IMG/VR virus record: IMGVR_UViG_3300028025_000090
Direction: 5' to 3' (one strand)
Source of the DNA: a virus
Length of the DNA: 64,000 nt
Shown here: one piece after another, positions 56,242 to 64,000 of the stretch
Position numbering within the stretch: the first letter of the stretch is position 1
Layout of the letters: each line of letters begins with the position of its first letter
Program-made: the position numbers and the translations under genes
The notes under the pieces: model-generated
Seen by the model: the letters and a program-made list of their open reading frames with translations, nothing else
The model's database searches: none
Told to the model about the DNA's origin: nothing

Positions 56242-57768
56242 ATGAATTTCGACGATTTATATACATTGGCATTGGAAGCAAAGGGAACTAAGCCAGGAGA
56301 AAGATTTTACAGAGCATCGGAATCCGAAGGACCGTCTGGTATTTCTTCTTCACCTATTGGAAAAAGTAATTACAATCCAGAAATATATAAACCAGAAAGA
56401 AAAGATCCTGCTGATAAAGGTATGAGTGATCAAGTATCTATCATTAAATTACTTGGAAAAGCATTTCAATTGTTGAAAAACGATGAAGTGTTTGCGGATC
56501 AAATGAGAGGCATCATGAACGGTTTTAAGAAAAATCGTAAACAAATTTCAGCATATCAAGAAAGTGTTATTAAATACAAACCAAAAACAATTGATAATCT
56601 TTGGGGTAGAATTAACCGATTGATCACAATTGTGAATGATCCCAAAAAACGTCAAGACCCAAGTGTGGCTGAGTTTGAGAAAGAATTAAAAGACTTAAAA
56701 GCTCAAAAAGATGAAGAACAAGGAGAATTGGATAATGTCTTTTCACAAATTGAAAACGTATCATTGGAAAATGAAGAGTTGAGTGATAGTTATTTGGAAC
56801 AAATGCTTTATGTTATCAGAGATACTGCGAAGCGTCTTTACAAAAAACAATCAGATGCACTTATGATCGATGGTCAAGAACCTCAATCTCGAATCATCCC
56901 TCTTCATGAATTAGATTATGGAATGCTCGAAAAAGAAGTTGAAAAAAATTCTCAAGCGCAAATGCAATTATTGGAAATGTTGTTATCATCTGATGATTCA
57001 AATCCTTTGAAATTGTTTTTAAAATTACAACAAGAAAGGTATGAGGATTCTAAGCAAAATTTCTTCAATACCAGCAGAGGTGATAACTATAGCATTGCAA
57101 TTGAGCAATTATATAAAAATTTACCACTGTTTTCTTTAGTAAATTATTTCTCCCATATTATTCTTAAATCACCTGTTATTACACTGAATGTGAAACAGAA
57201 AAAACGTGCAGATGTTCTCACCAAAGGAGATAGCATGATGGATCGTATGAGTAAAATTAAAAACGAGAGAGAATGGGAAGAACTTCGACCTGACTTGATC
57301 ACATATCTTAAAAAACAAAAAATTGATAAAATTAAAAAAGATATGCTTATCAACATTGCAAAAGGACCGTTCCAAGCAATAAGAGGTAGAGCTAATGCTG
57401 CTATTAAAATAATTTCCTCATTAAAAATGGAAAACATTACCGAATCTTTCGATGAATTGGCATCGAGATATGCATCTTCTTTTGATTTTGATATGAACGA
57501 TTTCATGATCGATTTGCAAGAAGTTCATTCATTGCTTGAAAGCAAATGCACTGGTCCGACAAAAAAAGCATCTAGTGATAGAAAAGGTAAAAAATGGACT
57601 AAATGTGCTAGACAACCAGATGGTTCATATAAAAGAATTCATTGGGGGCAAGCTGGTGTAAGAGTTGGTAAAAACAATCCGAAGCGTAGGAAATCCTTCC
57701 GTGCAAGGCACAAATGCTCTTCAGCGAAACCAGGTTCTCCCAAAGCAGCGGCTTGCGGCGATTGGTAA
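56242..57768 (+). CDS. Late protein with C-terminal basic Cys-rich module
   Basis: TAAATA-N5-ATG; MNFDDLYTLALEA; C-terminal KCTGP..KKWTKC..IHWGQ..NPKRRKSFRARHKC..ACGDW. Confidence 0.65.
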   Translation: MNFDDLYTLALEAKGTKPGERFYRASESEGPSGISSSPIGKSNYNPEIYKPERKDPADKGMSDQVSIIKLLGKAFQLLKNDEVFADQMRGIMNGFKKNRKQISAYQESVIKYKPKTIDNLWGRINRLITIVNDPKKRQDPSVAEFEKELKDLKAQKDEEQGELDNVFSQIENVSLENEELSDSYLEQMLYVIRDTAKRLYKKQSDALMIDGQEPQSRIIPLHELDYGMLEKEVEKNSQAQMQLLEMLLSSDDSNPLKLFLKLQQERYEDSKQNFFNTSRGDNYSIAIEQLYKNLPLFSLVNYFSHIILKSPVITLNVKQKKRADVLTKGDSMMDRMSKIKNEREWEELRPDLITYLKKQKIDKIKKDMLINIAKGPFQAIRGRANAAIKIISSLKMENITESFDELASRYASSFDFDMNDFMIDLQEVHSLLESKCTGPTKKASSDRKGKKWTKCARQPDGSYKRIHWGQAGVRVGKNNPKRRKSFRARHKCSSAKPGSPKAAACGDW

Positions 57769-57788
57769 TCATATAGTTAAATAATTAG

Positions 57789-59750
57789 GTGAGTGTTAAT
57801 ATCGTTCCCTTATTAGAAGAAGTACTTGGTCTGTTACAAACGATCAATGAGACAAGGGGTGTACCTGAAGGGGAGAATATATCTGACAAGAATGTTCTCC
57901 AGACGGGAAATTCCAATCCAAATAAAAAAGTCAAAAGCTCTCTTTCTAATGAAGAACAGAAGAAGACTAAAGAGGTCGCATCTATTTTCGCAAAGACATT
58001 TTTTGAAATGCAGCGAAAATTTCAGGGTGATAAAGCACTTAAAACATCTGTTCAAAAAATCATACCAAATGCTAAGAAATTAGAAACTGGTGGTCGTAAA
58101 AGCGATTTGGAAATGCCCAAGAAAGGGTCAATGCTTGGTGGTATTTTGATGCTATTAGGTGGTGCGGGTGCTTTGATAATGGGTCTTTTAACTGACGGTC
58201 CGTTTAAAGGTGCTTTGAAAATACTATCTAAAATTGGTATATCAGGTGGTATCAAGATGCTCATGACAGCAGCTAAAGGAATGTTAGGAACATTCTCTAA
58301 ATTTGTTACAGCACCTTTCAAATTCGCTGGTAAATTGATGGGTAAAGGATTCATGGGTAGAATCGTTGGTGCTTTGAAACCATTAGCTAAAATACTTAAA
58401 AAAATTCCCTTGATTGGCACTATCATATCCATAGGTTTTGCTATTTCTCGCTTCATGGATGGCGATACAGTGGGGGGTGTTATCGACGTTCTCAGTGCTT
58501 TGACTGGATTATTAAATTTAATTCCAGGTGGCTCGATTATTGCCATACCACTTTCCATAGGTTTGGATATTTTGAATGCTTGGTTGGATGCCAAGACAGC
58601 AGGAGCAAAAGATAAAAATTCTGCTAAATTGGACATTTTAGGAGACATGGCAAAAAGCATTGGCAACTGGATTTGGGACAATGCTTTGTGGTTGCCAGTG
58701 ATTGGTGGCTTCAAGCGTTGGGGTATGGCTTACGATGCTTTCAAAGGTGGTAATATTATGGAAGGTCTGAAACAATTTGGACTTGGTATACTATCATTTG
58801 CAGGTATGGGACCGATCATTATGGGTATTGAAACTCTGATGGGCTTCTTCGGTGATAAAGAAGAGAAAAAAGATTTAAAACCAAACACTTCTTGGTTCGG
58901 TAGAATTAAAGAATGGGTTAAGAATAAATTGAAAAAATTACCTTCTTTCCTGAAAAAACCTCTACAATGGTTTGGAATCATAGATGACGACTCATCGGAA
59001 TCAGAACCAAACATGGAATCATCGAAAAAAATCGATTATGAGCAAAAAATAGTTGGATGGTTATCTGGTCTTTGGGGAAAAATAACACCTATGTTAGAAA
59101 ACATTGGTAAATGGTTCTCTGGATTATGGGAAAAAATATCTACTTGGGCATCTGGATTGTGGGAAAAAATGACACCATTTTTTGAAGTTATTGCTAAATG
59201 GTTCTCTGATATTTGGGGAAAGGTAAAAGAATTTTTAGGCAGTGATTTCATGAATGGTATTATTGATAGTGTTAAAAATATTGCAAGTTCAGTTATGAGT
59301 ATTGTTGATACCATATTCCGCACAATAAAATCTATCGTAGAAGCTGCTAAAGCTACGATTGGTCGTTTCGGCAAGATGTTTGGAGCTGGTGATAACAAAG
59401 AAGTAGAAGAAAATGCCAAAAAAATGGGATGGAATTCTGTCGAAGAGTATGAAAAATCTGGTTGGAAAGAAAACCCTGATAAAAAGAAAGTGGGAGTTAT
59501 TGATGAGAAACGTAAAAAACACGTAGACGATTTAGTATTGATTGGTAGAGAGCAAATAGCAATTCTTTCTGATATCAGAAATATTGGTATGCAAACATAT
59601 AAAGTTCTTGCTGGTAGTAGTGGTGGAGGCTCTGCGAGTCCAATAATTATTCCCAATTCTGGTGGTGGTTCTAAAAGTAAACCATCCTCTCAAGTATCTT
59701 TAAATACAAGTAGAGGTGATTATGGTAGTTCTCCATATGCATTCGCGTAA
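57789..59750 (+). CDS. Tail tape measure protein (gp29-like)
   Basis: 653 aa; G/A/L-rich amphipathic core (KKIPLIGTII); periodic W-x-S-G-L-W repeats; GTG start 5 nt after TAAATA; upstream of baseplate hub genes. Confidence 0.72.
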   Translation: MSVNIVPLLEEVLGLLQTINETRGVPEGENISDKNVLQTGNSNPNKKVKSSLSNEEQKKTKEVASIFAKTFFEMQRKFQGDKALKTSVQKIIPNAKKLETGGRKSDLEMPKKGSMLGGILMLLGGAGALIMGLLTDGPFKGALKILSKIGISGGIKMLMTAAKGMLGTFSKFVTAPFKFAGKLMGKGFMGRIVGALKPLAKILKKIPLIGTIISIGFAISRFMDGDTVGGVIDVLSALTGLLNLIPGGSIIAIPLSIGLDILNAWLDAKTAGAKDKNSAKLDILGDMAKSIGNWIWDNALWLPVIGGFKRWGMAYDAFKGGNIMEGLKQFGLGILSFAGMGPIIMGIETLMGFFGDKEEKKDLKPNTSWFGRIKEWVKNKLKKLPSFLKKPLQWFGIIDDDSSESEPNMESSKKIDYEQKIVGWLSGLWGKITPMLENIGKWFSGLWEKISTWASGLWEKMTPFFEVIAKWFSDIWGKVKEFLGSDFMNGIIDSVKNIASSVMSIVDTIFRTIKSIVEAAKATIGRFGKMFGAGDNKEVEENAKKMGWNSVEEYEKSGWKENPDKKKVGVIDEKRKKHVDDLVLIGREQIAILSDIRNIGMQTYKVLAGSSGGGSASPIIIPNSGGGSKSKPSSQVSLNTSRGDYGSSPYAFA

Positions 59751-59763
59751 TTAAATAATATCA

Positions 59764-60612
59764 ATGGCTACGATCAATGTACATAAAGAATACGACTGGA
59801 CTTCTGTTCCCAGAAATAGTCCATATCGAAATGTTGCGCCTTATGTGGTATTGAGATCTTATAAAATAAAATCGAGTGCCGCTTTGAATAGGTTACAGAG
59901 TTATATAAATTTGGCTACAGCTAAAAGTGCTGATGAATTTTATGAAGGATTGTATCAAAACGTTGAAAAGGCTGATGATTTTTTTATACCATACTTTGGT
60001 GATAGTGTTAGATCGTTCTCAAATGAATTTGGTGATACTTTTCAAAACGGAGCCTTAGCGCAAGTTGACAGCTTACTACAAACTGGTTCTAATGAGATAT
60101 TAGCACCTTTGCAAGAACTCAATATAGGGGGCAATGTTAAACAATTTTTTCAAAATGCAAAAGATGCTATAACAAAAGGTTCAACAGCGACTGCTATGGA
60201 GAAAATTAAAGGACTTGGTAAAGGAATGTCTACCGCACCTGGCTCTTACATTGAAACACCTAAATTATATCAATATGCACAGAACGATGGTGCATTGGAA
60301 ATAACATTCCCATTATTCAACACGATAAATGGAGATGCTGTTCAGAAAAATTATGATTTGATTGATAAATTAACAAGAATTAATAGACCAAAAAGGCTAA
60401 CATCCATTACTATGGAACCTCCTCATATTTACCAAGTAAAATTAAAGGGTTTGAGATACATGAGATGGGCTTATTGTAGCAATTTTTCTGTTAGTATGAT
60501 CGGTGCGAGAAGACTCGTAAATGGTGCTATCACACCTGATGGCTATCAAATTACAATGTCACTCACTTCATTGACAACCGAAGTTAGCAACTTCATGGAC
60601 AAAGTTAAATGA
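59764..60612 (+). CDS. Baseplate tail-tube cap (gp48-like)
   Basis: 282 aa; ITFPLFNT, PPHIYQV, AYCSNFSVS; position between tape measure and gp53. Confidence 0.5.
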   Translation: MATINVHKEYDWTSVPRNSPYRNVAPYVVLRSYKIKSSAALNRLQSYINLATAKSADEFYEGLYQNVEKADDFFIPYFGDSVRSFSNEFGDTFQNGALAQVDSLLQTGSNEILAPLQELNIGGNVKQFFQNAKDAITKGSTATAMEKIKGLGKGMSTAPGSYIETPKLYQYAQNDGALEITFPLFNTINGDAVQKNYDLIDKLTRINRPKRLTSITMEPPHIYQVKLKGLRYMRWAYCSNFSVSMIGARRLVNGAITPDGYQITMSLTSLTTEVSNFMDKVK

Positions 60613-60613
60613 T

Positions 60614-61015
60614 ATGGAAGAAAAACGAGGAGATTACCAAAATAACATAGAGTCCCTTTCCACGCTGAATATTGGGGATTATGAGCGTATTTTTAGAGTA
60701 TATACAGAAAAGGTCGATGATAAAGATTTCTATTTCTATAATATTTTAAATAAAATTGATTTAGTAGATTTAGATCCAGAATTCGTGGAATTTTATGATG
60801 TGACAACCAGAATGCCCATGACGACTTTATCTTATAAAATTTACGGTGATATTAAATCATGGTGGATTTTGTATCTAATGAATAAAGACCAAATCCAAAA
60901 CCCTCCATTTTGGGTTGATGGTGGTATAAGATTGAAATATATCAAATTGGAATACAGAGTATTGCTTTATAACGATATTACAAAAAATACTATATTCAAT
61001 GGGAGGCATTTCTAA
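60614..61015 (+). CDS. gp53: Baseplate wedge protein (gp53/LysM-like)
   Basis: YDVTTRMPMTTLSYKIYGDIKSWWILYLMN. Confidence 0.72.
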   Translation: MEEKRGDYQNNIESLSTLNIGDYERIFRVYTEKVDDKDFYFYNILNKIDLVDLDPEFVEFYDVTTRMPMTTLSYKIYGDIKSWWILYLMNKDQIQNPPFWVDGGIRLKYIKLEYRVLLYNDITKNTIFNGRHF

Positions 61016-62325
61016 TGGCTGAAGTATGTAAGATAAATGATGTAGAATTTGAATACGAATACACGTTTAAAAATTCTGACGGAGATGAAAATAAATATGC
61101 TAGTTCTGCTGTCAAAGGTTTAACTTTGGTAGATAGTATTTTCAATCCTTTTTTAAGGGGAACGATTGCTGTCGCAAACCCTTATGATTTATTCGAAGAG
61201 AAATATCTTTTAAGAGGTGATGGAAGAGATGAAGTTAAAATTTTCTTAAAACCCAAAGATGAGGAAGAAAAAATAGAAGAAGAATTTATCTTATTACAAG
61301 AAGATAACAGTGGAGATGTTGAAGTTCGTTCGGAAAATATTAAAAAATTTAAGATAATCCATAAAGATATGTTACCGTTTATGGACACCATTCCATACAA
61401 CAAATCGTTCAGTGGTAAAATAGGTGATATCTTGAAAGACATTTTTATTGAATTATTGGGAGAAGATAAAATCGATAAAGAAAATTGGGAAAGCGGAGAT
61501 TTTGATTTTTCTTACATACCACCCATGTCTTTCAGATACATTGATTTGGTCTATCATCTACTAAAATATTTTTATGGTAAAGATGGAGAACTTTATACCA
61601 AAGCACTCATAATGAAAAATAAAAAAATTGGGAAATATCAAATGATGTATCTCACCAAGATTTTTTCAGAAAATAAAAAAAATACGACAGATGCTTTTAC
61701 TACTGCTGATTTGTCAGATAAAAGCGTTGCTGAAAATGAAAACAACCCACCACCTGATGCAAAAGTTAGTAAATTTTCCAGTGGTTTGAAAAATTTCGCA
61801 TACAATACACCTCTGTATGAATGGAATAATGATTTCTTTATCAATTCAGTTGTTCATGGGTATGACAAATTTTTAGGTGTCCAAAAAATGAAAATTTTAA
61901 AATTGGAAGATATTGAGAAAAAATGGAAGACCAAATTTGTTGATGTTTTCAAAGCAATTGGTGGTAGTCCCAAACCATTTGTCGTGAGAAATAAAACCAC
62001 GAAACAAAAATTTAGACATTATAGAACGCCATATGAAGTTGAAGATACTGTGAAAATGGTGGAAGCTGAAATGTGTAATTTATTAACATTTTATAATTTG
62101 AATTGTATTTTCAGTAACGTAGGATTCACTGGAAGAGAAGCAGGTAAATTTTTGGATATTGTTAAAATTGGAGAAGTGAAACAAAAAGGTGATACGAAAA
62201 TGTATGGTAGGTGGTTTGTAACAGAAGTGCGCCATATTTTTTCGAGTGATACCTATACTAATGAATTCAAATGCTGTAAGACCTACGTTGGTAGTAGTAG
62301 CAAAATAAAAAATGACGTTGAATGA
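61015..62325 (+). CDS. Baseplate hub protein (gp27-like)
   Basis: 436 aa; DSIFNPFLRGTIAV; C-terminal AGKFLDI...GRWFVTEVRHIF. Confidence 0.55.
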   Translation: MAEVCKINDVEFEYEYTFKNSDGDENKYASSAVKGLTLVDSIFNPFLRGTIAVANPYDLFEEKYLLRGDGRDEVKIFLKPKDEEEKIEEEFILLQEDNSGDVEVRSENIKKFKIIHKDMLPFMDTIPYNKSFSGKIGDILKDIFIELLGEDKIDKENWESGDFDFSYIPPMSFRYIDLVYHLLKYFYGKDGELYTKALIMKNKKIGKYQMMYLTKIFSENKKNTTDAFTTADLSDKSVAENENNPPPDAKVSKFSSGLKNFAYNTPLYEWNNDFFINSVVHGYDKFLGVQKMKILKLEDIEKKWKTKFVDVFKAIGGSPKPFVVRNKTTKQKFRHYRTPYEVEDTVKMVEAEMCNLLTFYNLNCIFSNVGFTGREAGKFLDIVKIGEVKQKGDTKMYGRWFVTEVRHIFSSDTYTNEFKCCKTYVGSSSKIKNDVE

Positions 62326-63233
62326 GAAATAAAATTGAAATACTCCGTAGCATTCTATTCACTAAAGAAGATTTGGTGAATTATAAAAATATTGATGACC
62401 AATTTTCCAAAGTGGAAATTGAGTTCATGATAGAATTTAAAAAGATTTACGAATTGGGACTCAACCAATTGGAAAAATTTATTAATAAATTGGATGAAGA
62501 AGGAAAAGATTTGGAACCATGGGACATTGCCTATTACGTCAAGCAATTATCGAATGGTCCGTTATCATCTTATGCTAAAGAATTGGCAAAGGATAAAAAA
62601 TATTTTACCGCAATTCCTGATATACTTGGAAATGTTGGCAATAAAGAAATAACTAGACATAACACCACCTTGTTCGAAGATGGTGATTACCCATTGGAAA
62701 TACCAGTGGACATTTACAATAAGTCTCCAAAATTCATACAGAACATGATAGTATCTGCTAATAAAGAAGTAGAGAAAATGTTTCGTTCTTCTTTGAACGC
62801 TAGTGTGGTGAATGACAACACCTTACCAATTGTTGATAAAGCACCGCAGCAAAGATATTCACTGGAGAAAACAGGAGAATGGCAACAAAAATCTCATGGC
62901 ACAATCAATGTCAAGGACTCTTACTATCGTGTGAAGATGTCAGACATCAGAAGTCAAATTTTCGATAAGGTTAAAGAAGTTATTGGAGAAGAGCATTTCC
63001 GAATCTTTAGAGATAAAAAAGATTACTCCCCATTCGATTCAGAAAAGAATAATGCAACATCTTCAAATTATGTATTTGAGAAAGAATTGAAAGAAGGAGA
63101 CAAGGATGAAATCTTTGAAGAAGATATCTTCGGTGATGTTTTTGATAAGAGAGACACTGTTCTCAAAATACAGAAACCAGACAAGAACGAAGAATACAAA
63201 CTCAATACTGTCGATGGACAGTTGGGTAATTAA
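62322..63233 (+). CDS. Hypothetical protein
   Basis: 303 aa; ATGA-coupled to the hub gene. Confidence 0.6.
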   Translation: MRNKIEILRSILFTKEDLVNYKNIDDQFSKVEIEFMIEFKKIYELGLNQLEKFINKLDEEGKDLEPWDIAYYVKQLSNGPLSSYAKELAKDKKYFTAIPDILGNVGNKEITRHNTTLFEDGDYPLEIPVDIYNKSPKFIQNMIVSANKEVEKMFRSSLNASVVNDNTLPIVDKAPQQRYSLEKTGEWQQKSHGTINVKDSYYRVKMSDIRSQIFDKVKEVIGEEHFRIFRDKKDYSPFDSEKNNATSSNYVFEKELKEGDKDEIFEEDIFGDVFDKRDTVLKIQKPDKNEEYKLNTVDGQLGN

Positions 63234-63694
63234 ACATCCACTACTGGTGATTCTTCTTTTTGATTCAACAATTTGATGATATCGTTTCTAGTGAAAGTTA
63301 ATTTTGGAGTATTACTCTCCTCTTCATCTCGAATGATTTTTGCTTGAATATTCATTTGAGTGATTTCTTTCTGTGCTTTGATTTTATCCTCCGATATTTT
63401 TAATTTGGAAAGAGCATCAATCGCAGATGTGGTAGCTTTCACCAATTCTGATACAGACTCAATCAACTTGGAATCTGCACCAGCAAGAACTTCCAATTTA
63501 AGATTCTCAACCATTTCCAAAGAATGATTCACGACTTTACCAGCATTGGTAATAACAAATTCTTCCAAATCTTCTTTCTTGAGATCTGGTTTATTTTTTG
63601 GTAATTGATTAACAATTTTTGATTGATTTTTGATTTGTGAAATAATATCATCCACTTCTGCATTCAAAAAATCATCATCTTCATCGTGATCCAT
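63230..63694 (-). CDS. Probable terminase small subunit (gp16-like)
   Basis: Helical ELVKATTSAIDALSKL and terminal TFTRNDIIKLL resemble the gp16 layout; start reassigned to ATG 63694 (TAAATA-N5). Confidence 0.5.
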   Translation of the reverse strand: MDHDEDDDFLNAEVDDIISQIKNQSKIVNQLPKNKPDLKKEDLEEFVITNAGKVVNHSLEMVENLKLEVLAGADSKLIESVSELVKATTSAIDALSKLKISEDKIKAQKEITQMNIQAKIIRDEEESNTPKLTFTRNDIIKLLNQKEESPVVDV

Positions 63695-63708
63695 ATTGAT
63701 ATTTACTC

Positions 63709-63736
63709 TTGACATTGGTTAATTCAACGCTAAAGT
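63709..63736 (+). promoter_or_regulatory. Sigma70-type promoter
   Basis: TTGACA-N16-TAAAGT, 9 nt before ATG 63746. Confidence 0.55.
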
Positions 63737-63745
63737 AAGGGAAAT

Positions 63746-64000
63746 ATGATTGATTTAACAAATTGTAAAGTGTTGGTTACTGGTGGGTGTGGATTCATTG
63801 GGAGTAATTTCATTGAAATGGTGTTGAAAAAATACTCTTATTGTAAAGTCATAAATATTGACAAGCGTGGTATTGGTTCAAGGTCTTTGATAGACGAATC
63901 TTATAATTGGATTGGAACACAGCGAAGAAATCTATATTATGAATATATGGAAAACGTGATGGATTTAGATTCATCTTTGAGTCGAACTAAACAATGGAAA
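63746..64000 (+). CDS. rmlB: dTDP-glucose 4,6-dehydratase-like SDR (partial, runs off the window end)
   Basis: Manual translation MIDLTNCKVLVTGGCGFIGSNFIEMVLKKYSYCKVINIDK. Confidence 0.7.
   Translation, partial: MIDLTNCKVLVTGGCGFIGSNFIEMVLKKYSYCKVINIDKRGIGSRSLIDESYNWIGTQRRNLYYEYMENVMDLDSSLSRTKQWK

Noticed and set aside
58052-59656. 220-aa and 206-aa minus-strand ORFs
   Set aside because: Antisense to the repetitive tape measure gene; composition mirrors its codon bias
1-64000. Stop-codon reassignment (alternative genetic code)
   Set aside because: Core genes are full length under the standard code and end at TAA, TGA or TAG (e.g. 6457 TGA, 50001 TAG)
1-64000. tRNA or rRNA genes
   Set aside because: The intergenic gaps are short and none shows a cloverleaf or T-loop (GTTCRA) context

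Overview
AT-rich 64 kb segment of a large T4-like myovirus genome. No tRNA, rRNA or CRISPR array is recognisable. Replication and recombination genes: family B DNA polymerase (gp43), UvsX, gp41 helicase, gp32 SSB, gp45 clamp, gp61 primase, gp44 clamp loader. These are interleaved with virion modules: baseplate gp25/gp6/gp7-like, tail-fibre genes, neck gp14, terminase gp17 and probable gp16, gp3, sheath gp18, tube gp19, tape measure, gp48/gp53/gp27-like. Accessory genes include a DNA methyltransferase, two glycosyltransferases, a sulfotransferase, RmlA, a partial RmlB, an NRS/ER-type bifunctional epimerase-reductase, a nucleotidyltransferase, a cREC-HAD pair and a GIY-YIG homing endonuclease. 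Most notable observations: (1) 23 genes start exactly 5 nt after a TAAATA/TAAGTA late-promoter motif and no Shine-Dalgarno sites are evident, implying leaderless mRNAs; (2) a candidate virion glycosylation/sulfation system (RmlC-independent rhamnose pathway, GT2 co-transcribed with a mucin-like Thr-rich protein, sulfotransferase behind a repeat fibre); (3) a Tat-signal-like peptide fused to a degenerate terminase-type ATPase; (4) a family of putative capsid-internal (poly)proteins with gp21-type cleavage motifs. All assignments come from motif recognition by eye; no database searches were run.
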